A program made the position numbers and the translations under genes. A stretch of 64,000 nucleotides of DNA from Alloascoidea hylecoeti (taxonomy: Eukaryota). The notes below the pieces were generated by a model that worked only from the letters and a program-made list of their open reading frames with translations, had not been told where the DNA came from and searched no databases. Positions 1 through 12,576 of the stretch are shown in pieces. Each line of letters starts with the position of its first letter. Position 1 is the stretch's first letter. The stretch is from the NCBI GenBank assembly GCA_001600815.1, contig BCKZ01000003.1, forward strand, positions 1,351,474-1,415,473, read 5' to 3'.

Positions 1-529
1 GAGGCCACGCGGAGGCCACGCGGGGCCTGTCTACGGAGACATATACCACTGAAATGCTGGAAGTGTTCCAGAAGGCTTCCACCATCTTCCTTTTTGGGAC
101 GAGCTCACAGCTGATCATGAAATTATCTCAAAAAATAGAAATTGGGCAGTCGTCAGCTGTTTTTCAACAACTATTTGACAAAAGGTGCAACTTTTTTTAG
201 GCGTAACTGCTACAACATGGTCTTTAAAATCCATTAATATTTACAGGGTATGTGCTAAATATACACGAAATACATTGAATACCTCTCTATGAATTAATAA
301 ACAAAAAGCTGTGAAACGAGAAACAGATGGCTACTAGGAAATAGAGCTGAAAGTGATAATTGTGTTCTTCAGCATAAAATTGGAACAGGAAGATTTTGAA
401 AGTTGTGTTCTACGAAACTTTTCTCACGTCTAGTCAAACAGCAAATAGGGTTTATGTTATTCTTTGGTTTCTATTGGGTTATCCCCCATACCGGGTGGAA
501 GCACTTAAAACTTCCGGATACTTTGGTAT

Positions 530-709
530 ATGAATTATAAATATTTAGTTTCTGGCGCAACCGATTCTTCTTGTATAGTTAAGAAATCACCAGATTTCGA
601 ACCAATAGATTGCTTGACACTACCAACGCAAATAATTACAAATTCTTCAACAATAATGGGTGTCGTCTTATACAAAGATTACACTGTACACTACACTAAA
701 GAAACTTGA
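530..709 (+). pseudogene. WD40-repeat gene fragment, paralog of the F-box/WD40 relic at 16925-18155
   Basis: 59-aa frame MNYKYLVSGATDSSCIVKKSPDFEPIDCLTLP...MGVVLYKDYTV aligns by eye with DINDRYLVSGSCDGSCIIWKLPDFNPMYCLIIP...KDVALYNDYIM (17487-17729). No complete gene around it. Confidence 0.65.
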
Positions 710-2185
710 ATTATATCAATCTGAAATATTTTTATTTTTATTTTCATCGGCATCACATTTTTATTAACTAACTACTATAGGTAATCACAATTTAAAACAA
801 ATTTAAACGGAGGGGTGAAGATTAAACTTCCATATGGATTCTACTTTCGTATCACTTTGCATAAAAATCGAAAGAATACAGAGTACTCTTCGATTCCCTC
901 TTAAAATATAATGTTCCTTAAATTCTAGTTGTTCCACTGGTCTATGTTAATTCCGTCTTATGTTTAGTATTGGCATTACTCCCCTTAACTTCATTAAAGG
1001 CTGAAACTCTACCGGGCATGGAGTATTTTTTTGGTTCAAAGACCTGGCCTGACTTTGGTCCAGAATCTATAAGATCATTTTAATTGTCACAACACACTAT
1101 AGATATATAGGTTAGTTTCGTTATTCGTGGTTATAACAGAACAATATTGTAGCATCGTAGTATGATAACTCATCCGCGATCTACGCCGTATGCGGCCGTG
1201 GTACGTAAGCGGTTAAAAGATAATTTATTTCAATATTGTCGGAAGGTTTTTCAAAGCTCAATTGCTAAGCTGATTCAAATTTTATATGAAATGTTACACA
1301 AATATTAATGTAGACGGAAAAATCAGGTAGGCTGAGTAAATACAGCGTGTTTCTGGGAGGTTTCAGCGGTATCTTTAATTTCTTTATTGCTATTATTTTT
1401 TTTAATGAACCTACCTTCAAAATTCACTCTTCTTTTTGACTAAAATAAAATCTAAGACTTAACAACAAAAAAAGGAGTATGCGCCTTTAAATATATTGGG
1501 TTGCTTCGTCCCCAGCTAAAAATAAATACTCTATAGCTTAAGACTTCAGGCTTGTGTATCTATATTTCCTTATATGAAATACCTAGTATACGAGCTGTCA
1601 ATTAAATGAAGTTTAATACATATTCTTATTATTATGATTTTAAAAATTTCAAGATGCATAATAAATAATAAATATTCATAATTTAAGTAAGTAAAGCTGT
1701 CAGCATCATCAGATTAAGTATGTATGTGTTTACAAGCCTATTGAAAAAGGAAACACCAACCCCATTATTTTTTTTGAAGCCTACATAGAAATTGATGGGT
1801 CAGGGAGTCAGGGGGGAAGTCAGGGTCTGAAACTTAATAAGCTATGCATAATATGCAGTGCAATAGCTGGCCAATGGGCCATATTATTCTGAGATGAATA
1901 TGGAGGTTGATAGACCACGAATAAAAATTATGTCACTATTTTTACCATTACTAATTAATCTCTGTAAACATCACCAAGTAATTTTAAATTAATATTAATA
2001 CTATAAACTATTTTAAATAAATCAGCTATTCAAAAACATAAAATCTCTCTGGTTAATTCCCAAACTAGCGCCAATAATTAGTAAAAAAAAAAAACTGTTA
2101 TTATATAATTATGCATGTATAAGAAGATGTGCGGCTAATAAAGTTATAATTATAAGCTTAAACATTGATGCGTTTATATATATTT

Positions 2186-3244
2186 TCAATGAGGAAATTC
2201 CTTTATATTTTGTTGATTAAAGTATAAAGCCAAGATAGCATTTAGTGGGGAGAATAAAATAAACAAAATGGATGCCATTGCAATTGGACCACCATCTAAT
2301 GCAAATAGATAAGTTTCAAATTTCCAGATTGCACCATTTCCATTTGAACCCTCGGCATATTCAACCATCCTAAAAATTGATCTTACCATAATAAGTAGGG
2401 AAGAAACAATTAATAAAATATTTACCGCTTTCCAATTTTTTACTTTACTTGGAGAATGTCTCATTTCAATTGATGTATCTGTAGGTTCTTTACTCATCAT
2501 GTAAACAAATCGTATATCAATGATAATTAATAAAACAAATAAAAGAACTTGAATCAAAAGACCAGCAAAAACAACCCATAAACCAGTATTGACTTTGTCG
2601 GCATCACTACCTCCAGACACACCAGCACCAACAGATTGAATTATTAAACTAATAAAATCAATAGCGACAAAGAATGAAGTTAGATAATTAATCTTAATGG
2701 GAGAATATTTTTCACCATTTAATAGGACTACAAGCTTTCCAAATAGGATATAGATCGTTGCAGCCATAAATGCTGGACCAACCAATAAAAAAACCGCTTG
2801 TTTAGTATAAAAACCTCGAGACGTCTTATCAAAATGTAAAGCAACTCTTGCAATATATCCAATAGCGTCAGAAAGATTTCCAAGAAGGAAAGGAATTAAA
2901 CAACAGACGTATATTTTAAAAACTTTTTTCAATTGTTTTTGATTAATTGCCTTTGATTCTGTCTCATTAACTAATGATTTATTGGATTGATTTGGACTCC
3001 GAGCAATGGGATCCTCATATGAATTCTGTGGCCATACTTCCAATGATTGATCGACATTAGTAATTTTATTAATATGTTTTGAGTATTTTTTATAAGTAAA
3101 TATTTGTCTTAAAAAAAGAAGAAACAACAAAAAGAAAAATCCAGCAGAGAAACCAACGTTTGCATTTAAATTTGGTTTATACTTGTATAAAACCCTTTTA
3201 GTATTTTCTGCTCTAATAGCAATAGCAATACTGTAATTTGACAT
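2186..3244 (-). CDS. RTA1/RSB1-family 7-TM lipid-translocating exporter, copy 1
   Basis: 352 aa, seven hydrophobic segments, family motifs YKYKPNL, IGYIAR, LLVGPAFMAATIY, IQSVGAG, GLLIQV, LIMVRSIFRMVEYAEG, ETYLFALDG. Confidence 0.93.
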   Translation of the reverse strand: MSNYSIAIAIRAENTKRVLYKYKPNLNANVGFSAGFFFLLFLLFLRQIFTYKKYSKHINKITNVDQSLEVWPQNSYEDPIARSPNQSNKSLVNETESKAINQKQLKKVFKIYVCCLIPFLLGNLSDAIGYIARVALHFDKTSRGFYTKQAVFLLVGPAFMAATIYILFGKLVVLLNGEKYSPIKINYLTSFFVAIDFISLIIQSVGAGVSGGSDADKVNTGLWVVFAGLLIQVLLFVLLIIIDIRFVYMMSKEPTDTSIEMRHSPSKVKNWKAVNILLIVSSLLIMVRSIFRMVEYAEGSNGNGAIWKFETYLFALDGGPIAMASILFILFSPLNAILALYFNQQNIKEFPH

Positions 3245-3386
3245 GGTGGAAATGATGGTACCGGTATGAATTTAATGGTTTATGTGAACCGATATCGAAT
3301 AACTTTGACTGAAGGATTGTTTGGTTTATATATCTAGATTTCTATATGTTTTCTCTCTCTCATGAACTAATAATTGCAATGAAATA

Positions 3387-3396
3387 CACAGCCTCA
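3387..3396 (-). promoter_or_regulatory. Putative Crz1 (calcineurin-response) site TGAGGCTGTG, conserved upstream of all three RTA1-family copies (also 7734-7743, 13808-13817)
   Basis: CACAGCCTCA / CACAGCCTCA / CATAGCCTCA lie about 115-160 bp upstream of each ATG inside a conserved promoter block. The first two match the Crz1 core GWGGCTG; the third has one mismatch. Confidence 0.5.
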
Positions 3397-6300
3397 AGGG
3401 ACTGAAAAAAAATCAATCTCTCTAAAGGAAATGCTCCGCAGCGTTAAGAGTTTAAGACTCTTAAGGGACTTGTCAGTGAAGGTGTCTCAAATGCATTCGC
3501 ATGCATATAATTACCTAAAATATCTCAACAGCATCTATTAAATAATCCGACCTCTTTTATCATGTCCTTAATATTACACGTTTCTCTTAATGAAATATTG
3601 CCACCAACGATTATATTAAGATTCCAAAGCCACCTTCTTCTTGGTCATATCATGGAACACTAGGAGGTGAAAATCGGGAAAAAGAAAATTTTGTAAGTTA
3701 TTTAGCCGTATAATAATGATTATACTAATAGAATTCATAATTAACAGTGTGACCAACTTACTTGATTGGAAGTAAATAAATATAAAAAAAGTATGAAGCT
3801 TTTACTCTTTCAAAACTGAAATTAATTTTCAATATATATATATATATATATGTTATAGGTTTATACTCGTACATTGATTCCAAAAAAAAGTTGTTAAATT
3901 TCAGCTTATAGCTTTTTTGGTAACTAAAAATTCTTCCCTATACCTTATCATTAAAATTGAGCACTTGAAAAACAATCGATATCATTGTATATACAGATCT
4001 AGAACTGTTTATCAAACACATTTGTTTGATTTTAAATGGGGCTTAAATATATTATTAATAATCAATAGCTCTTATGTAAAATCATTTTATGGGAGTTTGG
4101 ATATATTACAACAATTACCACTGAGGCATCTTAATTAACGATACTCGCGATCTATTGATATATCATATCACATACAATTCATATTCAAGACCCTCAATCC
4201 CAGGGTTTCTTAAGTACACCTTCCATCTCAAACACAATTAGAGGTAGAAATGGAAATGGAGACGGATCAGATCCAAATATTACAAAACTGCCTGTAATTA
4301 ATGAACTTATCTGTAAAGCTTTGGAAAAAAATAAAAAATTTAATTGTTAATAAATAGCTATATATGGTATATAAGTTATAGAAATTAATATATGCAGATT
4401 ATCAGTTAATTTTCAGTATCTTTGAACAATATTTTTACAAAATTTGAATAAGAATATTAATCTGTAAATATATATATGATCAACAAGCTTAAGTATTTCT
4501 TTTATAATTACCGGTGACCGAAAATTAGTGTATGGTAGAGTATTAGCTCAAGGTGTGGCTGAATATTTAATTCAAGAAGCAGTTGAAGATCTCATTCAAA
4601 AGGAGGCCGAACATAATGTGGTCTAATTTATTGCGTCATATGGTCAAATGTTGTTACATCTTGTGGCCGGATTCTTAGCTTAAACTATAGACGAATATGT
4701 ACTCATATGTGTGCAAATATTCATAGAATCAAGTGGTCGATATTAAAGCAAAGTACTGTTCTAAATACATTTATGATCTATTGAAAATTGGAAACTGACA
4801 ATAGAGATAACATAAATAGCTATCGGTTCTTATAAATATGTAACCGGCCGAAGATTAGACTTGCATTTGGCCATGGGTTCTACTTTTGGCTCGCTTTCTT
4901 CGCATAAAAAGGGAAAGATCACTCTTCGAGACATTAAGATGTTCTTAGAATATAATGTTCCGTAAATTCTAGATATTTAACTAGCCTATGTAAAATGATA
5001 TCTTATACTTAGTATTTGGCATTAGCGCCATTCATGTCATTGAAGGCTACCATGTACGGATTTTTTGGCTGACACTGAGGTCAACCCAAATGTCCGCACA
5101 AGCTGTCACTCTACAAAACTCACAGACCCAGACTTCCTTATGTTGTAAGTACTTCCTGATTTAATAGCCTGACCTGATTTTTTTGCAACACACTACTATA
5201 ACTCCTTTAAGAAACCATCAATATTATTTGGTCGTAGAGGCATCATATTATATCAGAATGACGACTTCCACTAATTGCGGCATAATGAAAATTTCTGTTT
5301 ATGAATGGATCTGTTGACTCAAGCGCTAATTTATAGAAAAATTCTAACAGCACAGAAAAGACCACAATACATATATATTTTAAACAAATATTATCAAAAC
5401 AATAAGATTAGCTAGATTATAGTGATAGTATTTAGAATAAAGTTTTTCGCATACATGTTGGTTCTAAATTATACGTGATTACAACAGAACAATGTTGTGG
5501 GATCGGAGCATGCGAAGTATGCATGTTAAAGTTATATGCATCTGCGCTCTATTCTGTCTACGGTGTAAACTGTTAGAAAGCAACCTATTTCAACAAAATC
5601 AGAAGGCTTTTAACCTTACCCCTAAGCTCAAAGCTGATTCAAATTCTATAAAATCAACTCTGTCTGAAACTTTTGGACGAAATGAATACTTGGAATATTA
5701 TTAAACGAATGTAGACAGAAAATTCAAGTGGGCTGAGTAAATACAGCGTGTTTCTAGGAAGTTTTAGCGGTAGCTTTCTATACTGTTATTATTCTTCAAG
5801 ATTGATGACCCTTCTTCTATCTCACTAAAATATTAAAATCCGAAACTGAGCCCACACAAAAACCTGATGAGTACAGAGAAGGTTTTAATTGGATAGATTG
5901 TGATCAAGAAGGTTCCGGTCCTTCAAATATGACTTCCACCAGTTAAAAATAAACAGTTTAAGGCTTGTAGCTATTTCGGTCATATAATAATATAGCAGTA
6001 CGAGAAATTTATTTAATAACTTTAGATTCAATACATATTCTAAATTCTAGACCTTATTACTATATGCTTTCAAAATTTTCAAAATAATATATTTTTTTAA
6101 GTAACGGCGCTCATTCCAGATTATGTAAGCCTATTATAATACCCGTGTGTGCTCAAATCGAAAAAGGAAGCAAGAAGTCAATTCCTTTTTTGAACCTAGG
6201 GTCAGCTGCAAGATCCAAATCTTAATTAGCTGATTGAATATACGTAACAATAGGGGTTGACAAATCATAAATAATTATGTCACTATTTATAGGTAACTTA

Positions 6301-6545
6301 GTACTTAGTACTTAATAATTAATTTCTGTAAAAACCACCAAATAATCCTAAAGCAATGTTAATATGATATTATAAACTATTTCTAATAAATCAACTAATT
6401 AAATACCTAAATTATCACTGATTAATATCCAAATTATCCCCAATAATCGGTGAAACATATGTTATCACGTGCGGCTAATAAAGCTAATAGTAGCTATTCT
6501 TTTCATTGACCATCATGATCAATTGTTCATCATGAATATATATTT

Positions 6546-7619
6546 TCATTGAGGAAATTCTTTTATATTTTGTTGATTAAGGAATAAAGTAAGGATAGCC
6601 CTAAGTGGGCAGAATACAATAAACAAAATGGATGATATTGTTATTGCAGTACTATCCAGTACAAATATATAAGTTTCAGTTTTCCAAGTTGCACCATTTG
6701 AACCCTCAGCATATTCAACAACTCTAAAAATTGATCTTATCAAAATTAAAAGGGAAACACCAATTAATAAAAGATTCACTGATTTCCAATTTTCTCTTCT
6801 ACTTGGAGAATGTCTCATCTCAATCGATGTAGGAGTAGGTTCTTTATTCATCATGTAAACAAATCGTATTTCTATGATAATGAATAAAGCGAAGAAAAGA
6901 ACTTGAATTGCAAGACCACCAACAACAATCCATAAACTAGTATTGACTTTGTCAGCATCATCACTAGAAGACAAAGCAGCACCACCCGATTGAACTAATA
7001 AACTTATAACATCACCACTGACAAATATTGGAGTTAGAAATTTGATCTTAACTGGACAATATTTTTCACTATTTAATAGAACTGCAAGTCTTCCAAAAAA
7101 CATATAAATTGTTGCAGCCATGAATGCGGGACCAATCAATAAAAGAACGGCTTGAATAACATAAAAAGTTAAAGATGTTTTATTATAGTGTGAAGCAATT
7201 CTTCCAATATATCCAACAGCCTCACAAAGATTTCCAATTAGGAAAGGAATAAAACAACAGACATATCTTTTAAAAACTTTTTTCAATTGTTTTGAATCAA
7301 TTGTGTTTGAATTTGTTTCACCATTTGATGAATTAACTAATGATTTATCAGATTGAATTGACCTCTCAACACTCGGATCTACAGATAAACTCTGTGGCCA
7401 TGATTCCAATGATTGATTCACGTCAGTAAGTCTATCGACATGTTTTGAGTATTTTCTGTAGCTGAAGATTACTCTTAAAATCTGAAGAAATAATAAAATG
7501 AAAAAAATAATGCTGAAAAATAAGTTTGCACCTAAATTTGGTGTGTACTTATATAATTCCCAATTATCATCATCTTCTCTAATAGCAAGATCGATATCGA
7601 TAATATTAACGTTCGACAT
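6546..7619 (-). CDS. RTA1/RSB1-family 7-TM lipid-translocating exporter, copy 2
   Basis: 357 aa; LYKYTPNL, EAVGYIGR, LLIGPAFMAATIYM, GDVISLLVQSGG, LIRSIFRVVEYAEG, ETYIFVLDS. Confidence 0.95.
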   Translation of the reverse strand: MSNVNIIDIDLAIREDDDNWELYKYTPNLGANLFFSIIFFILLFLQILRVIFSYRKYSKHVDRLTDVNQSLESWPQSLSVDPSVERSIQSDKSLVNSSNGETNSNTIDSKQLKKVFKRYVCCFIPFLIGNLCEAVGYIGRIASHYNKTSLTFYVIQAVLLLIGPAFMAATIYMFFGRLAVLLNSEKYCPVKIKFLTPIFVSGDVISLLVQSGGAALSSSDDADKVNTSLWIVVGGLAIQVLFFALFIIIEIRFVYMMNKEPTPTSIEMRHSPSRRENWKSVNLLLIGVSLLILIRSIFRVVEYAEGSNGATWKTETYIFVLDSTAITISSILFIVFCPLRAILTLFLNQQNIKEFPQ

Positions 7620-10619
7620 AGTAATAATAGATGTTTCCAGATATCGAACAACTGAAGATAAGGAATTGTTTTGTTTATATATAAATTTCTTTATATCTTC
7701 TTTATCTCAGGAACAAACAGTTTCAATGAAATACACAGCCTCAGCGGACTGAAAAATATCAATGTCGACGTCGTTAAGGGAAATGCTCCGTGCGGTGTTA
7801 GCGGACTTTTTATTGTTTAAATTTGGTGAAGGTTTATCAAATGCAGCTGCATGCATAATATTATAGTAGGACTTTTCAGCCTTATCTATGAATCTGGCCT
7901 CTTTTACTTGTCTTATTACACGTTTCTCGTAACGAAATATTGCCACCAACGAAGTTATTAAGTAAATTATGATTTCAATGCCACCTTTTCATCATCAAAT
8001 CATGCTTTTTAACTTTTATGAAAAAGCTCCGCCTCATACTCATACTAGTATCCCAATAGCTGCAGAACTTTACAAGATGAAAAAGGGAAAAGATGAAAAA
8101 TTTGTAAGTTATTTAGCCCTATAATAATGATTACCGGTATATTAATACAATTAATAATTAACAATCTTACCATCTTCAATTAGTTAAAAATAAATAAATG
8201 TAGAAAAAGCTTGAGACTTTTACTCTTTCAATGCTGAAATTTATCTACAATATATTAACTTGTACTTCAATTGCAATCTGTACATAGATTTTTGAATAGA
8301 TGTTGTCGGTTTGTACCCGTCCAATAATTCTAAATAAAGTTGCCGAGCTTCAGATTATTGCTTATATCTTTATTGGTACAGATTCTTCCCTATACGTTAT
8401 CATTAATCTTGAACACTTTAAAAACACTCACTGAATATAAATTTAGCAAACATAATTATTTGTTTTTATATAAGGCTTAAATATAATAATAATTAAATAA
8501 CTTATATCATAATTTATATGCAAAATATGGAATTTAGATATATTATATCAATTACCAATCAGGTACCTCAATTGACAATTTATTAACATGTCGTATCATA
8601 AAACGCGCGTTCAATACTTTCAATCTAAAGATTTCTTCAAAACATGTTCAACATAAAACACGATAACGGAAGCTTCAAAATTATTAAAGCATAAAGCTCT
8701 GAAGAAAGTTTACGCTTTATTACCTCATTGCTTATTTAGTGGAGAATATGGGCAGCAATTCAAAAATAATCTATTACTATTTAACAGATTACTTTACAAA
8801 ATATATATCTATGATATAAGACTTATATATAACATAAAGCTAACATCACAGCTATTGAAATCAATAATATATTTACAATTTAAAAACGTCAAATAATATA
8901 TAGATATACATGTTCGTGGTACATGTTCGTGGTACCTATAAAATAACAATAATAGTTATATTGTGTACACATAGAGATCGATTAGTATTCTATTTATATT
9001 CCATATAATTACGCTTCTATATCCATATTTTTACCGCTTAAATCCGGATCCCTATCAATCTCATCATCATAACTAGTCATATATTCATAACTATAACGTC
9101 TGTCTATATTTCAGATCAGAATCGATGTTAATTCATCTAGATGTCTTAATTGAAGTTACACTGAAAATTTTAAAAATAGTAAACCGGGTTTAAGTTGATT
9201 GATTTGTCATAATGATAATTAATTATAACTATAATTCTTTAATTTTAACTTAAAATTTTCTTATTTTTAAAAGAAAAAGTACAGTAAAATTATATGAATT
9301 TCTTTTTGAGTCATACGTAAGATCTACCAATTAAATCTTCACCTTGATTACTGTTGACAAAAATTCTCTAGTTAATTATTATAGTATTTATGTTAGAATA
9401 ACGATCTGATGATGGATTATGGTGGACAAAATACAAGGGGTTATATTTCCAACACGTCGGGAGATTGGATCTAGTGAATACACCATAACATAAAATACAT
9501 AGAGAAAATATTAAACAAAGGTTATCAAAATTATGAAATTAAATAGACTTTGGTGATAGTCTTTATAATCACATATCTTTGCTGCTGGTATTGTAATTCG
9601 TGGTTGTAACAGAACAATGTTGTTGCCATTTGTACAGTTACTCGTTAAGGTTTTAGGGAATTAAGGTTATATCTCGTATATTGGTATATACTTTTGAAGT
9701 TTTGAATGGCAAAGCTTACTTTAAGAAGTGGCAAATTAATTTTTCTATATGGTTGGAATATTCATTAGAAAAATGACATATAATCGAAAATGAAATATCC
9801 AAATCTTATGTAATCCAAATGACAAAATACAGTTGTTCCACTTAATTTCGCCTACTTGGTTGATTAAATATTCAGTCATGGGGTGCATTAATAATCGTCT
9901 GCTGTTCTGGCATATAGAAATCACACATGTTTTACATTAAATATTCGACAGCATAATAAACAAATTATTCGCCCATTTCTAAACCTAATTCGAGTTCGAC
10001 CACCGTGTGGCCGAATATTAATTGTATGGTTACAACATGTCTGAATGGTCCATCCAAAAATATTTCAATCATAAATTGCAAAACCAGCAACAAATATATA
10101 TTATTAGGTTTGAAAACTACTTATATTTTTATTTACTAACCATATAAAACTAAACAAACTATTATTATTAACAAATATGAAATTTTGTAACTGTGGTATT
10201 TCAATCATTTAAATTGTTGGGGCGTACTTAGGAAGTACAGAGCTTAAGAATAAATGAATATAATGTTCTAGTAATTAACTATTATAGATATTAACTGGGT
10301 TAATAAAGCTAAAACATGATTAAAAAGATCTATGGAGATACATTCGACCTCTAAGTTTAATTTATCCAGGTGAAGTGGAAAGTCAAATGATTTTAACTCC
10401 ATTCATCACCTTCATTCATCACCTTATGATGGATGGTTTATTAACAGGAAATTCATCTTTTTTTTAAATTCAATCCAATCATTAATTTTTTTTTTAATTA
10501 CTAACCTTCTCCTTTTTAATGGATTTGGATTCTCATTCGGAATAGTCTATTTTTATTGAGATTGGTAAGTATTCATACAATTTTTAATATTTTCATAATT
10601 AAAGTTTAAACATTAAACA

Positions 10620-11528
10620 AACAAATAACTGTTGTAGGCAAGAGCAAAACATCGATCTAGAATGCCATCTTCAACGGATTAAATCAGGCACATGTATTGT
10701 ATGACAGAGAAATATCTATGACAATGCAGGGTTCAATTCAAATGAGGAATGATGATCTTCAATGCCATAGGCCTGGTGGGGTCGCCTGCTGTTGGTATCC
10801 TTGATTAAGGATTTCTCGAACCACTCCAAACAAAGCTCTGAATTAATATTGACCTTATTATACAATAAACTTCTTAACATCTTCCATTCAACTTTTTTTT
10901 AACTTTCTTTCCTTTCATGATTAAGGGTGGTGGCATAAAGTCAACTCCATCACAACTATGAATACATTCCGGCTGATGATGATATTCGGCCATTAAGGCA
11001 CTAAATTCTTTATACCACCTCTCAAAGTTCTTATAACAAATAATCCGAATTTAATCTCTTTGTTTTGTTGATAGAAATATTTGGATTCCTCTTTGGAAAC
11101 CCATCCACCAAATTAGTAATTTCATAATAGCTAGTAATAGCGTTCTTGGTCAGTGTTTCAGCAGGTACAGAGTGCTCACAACATAGCCTGAGTATGTCCG
11201 GTCAATCGACTGATCTAAGAAACAAAAATGTAGTTTCCTCTCGGTGACCACCCTCTTTTTTCCATACCAAAAGTTGCACAATGGTTAGCCGATTCTTTTC
11301 ATTGCTTGTCAAAGTTTGTTATAATTCTTTTGCTGCCAATTCGGATTGACCACCGTTTATTCTATGCATATCTACGAGAGTTAAGAGGGCCAACCCGGCG
11401 TCCCATGCAATCTATCTAATTCATGTATTAGGCTCAAGACAACATCTTGTCATGGCTTTTAGTATCTTCACTTACTTGTCTCTTAATTTAAGAGTCCTGG
11501 TATTTCTTTTGGATGTTCCCATTATCAT
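10620..11528 (-). mobile_element. Decayed pogo/Fot1-type (DDE_1) transposase
   Basis: Reverse-strand fragments in expected order, with stops and frameshifts: HTH IR*IAWDAGLPS/TLVDMHRINGGQSELAAKEL*QTLTSNE; NLVDGFPKRNPNISINKTKRL; NFERWYKEFSALMAEY; ECIHSCDGVDFMPPPLIMKGK; INSELCLEWFEKSLIKDT...IEDHHSS; CHTIHV...LDRCFA. Confidence 0.8.
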
Positions 11529-12576
11529 TGATCATGGAGTAGTGAAAGAGACTAAGGGCTTTATGTTTTGGAGAAGGGATTGCAAGAACTCTGATTGTTG
11601 CGATAATAATGGGTGCTCTTATAATTATAAGCTTATAACCTTATAATTCTACTCAAGCTGATTAGCTTGAAAAATGGTTGAAAATGAAAAAAATTGTAGC
11701 AAAGTAGACATAAATAATAAGGAACCTTCTCCAACATTGACGTGAAATCTGTAAAAAATACATAATATTTAATTAATACGCATCTTTTTACTATTTGCAA
11801 ACAAATAAGTGGATTGAAATTCGCATCTGGTCAATAATAAAAAAATCCAACTGAAGTGTACAAAGACAAAAAGTCAAAGTTTACGAATAGGAGAACACTT
11901 GACATACATGTGAGACTTAAGTTTCCCAAAAAACTTATTAAAAAAACCAACACGATACTTATTCTGGTTCATCTTATCAAATATTTCTCTTGATTCTCGG
12001 TACTGCTGAATCTTTATTCTGGTATCAATTTCAAATTCCTTTAATGTTTTAAAGTTGAAGGTAACCGTTTCTTTAATCCAAAGGCTACTATACTAAGGCA
12101 ATTGGATTTTTGTAAATCTTATCAATATATACAACGATGTTGACATCTAAAACTTAATTGGCTAATAGCAAGCTATATAATATTTGAAGATAAACGTAAT
12201 AATTGAGCACTAAGAATGCAGGGTTTTGATAAATCACAAAGTTGACTCAAATTATTATAAGTGTCTTACACAATACTACAATAGTTTATAATACGAGTAT
12301 AGCCGCCGTATACTAATTAATTTCTGTAACCATCACTAAATAAATCTCAAACAACATTCCAAATTATATTATAAATCAGCTATGCATAACTAAATAGTAA
12401 ATACATCAATTATCAATAGTTAATTCCCAAATTATCCTTAACAATAGGTGAAAAAAACTGTATGTATATGTAAACATATACGAACAGGTGCGGCTAACAA
12501 CGTTCTGAGTATAACGTTAATTATCCTTATCTTCTTGCTTATCAACCGTCGATCATGAATTCATGATTTTATATTT

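Noticed and set aside
1..27. GC-rich 11-bp tandem GAGGCCACGCG x2 at the window edge
   Set aside because: Only about two units and cut by the boundary; cannot be called telomeric or anything else.
1797..1825. GGGTCAGGGAGTCAGGGGGGAAGTCAGGG, a G-quadruplex-like motif
   Set aside because: Explained by local GTCAGGG expansion; not conserved in the paralogous flank of copy 2.
4510..4626. Coding-looking fragment LVYGRVLAQGVAEYLIQEAVEDLIQKEAE (similar unassigned fragments near 11940-12130 and 15200-15830)
   Set aside because: Short, interrupted and not assignable to any family without a search.
9828..10036. Possible ~200-bp MITE with degenerate TIRs
   Set aside because: End complementarity too weak to support by eye; no clear TSD.
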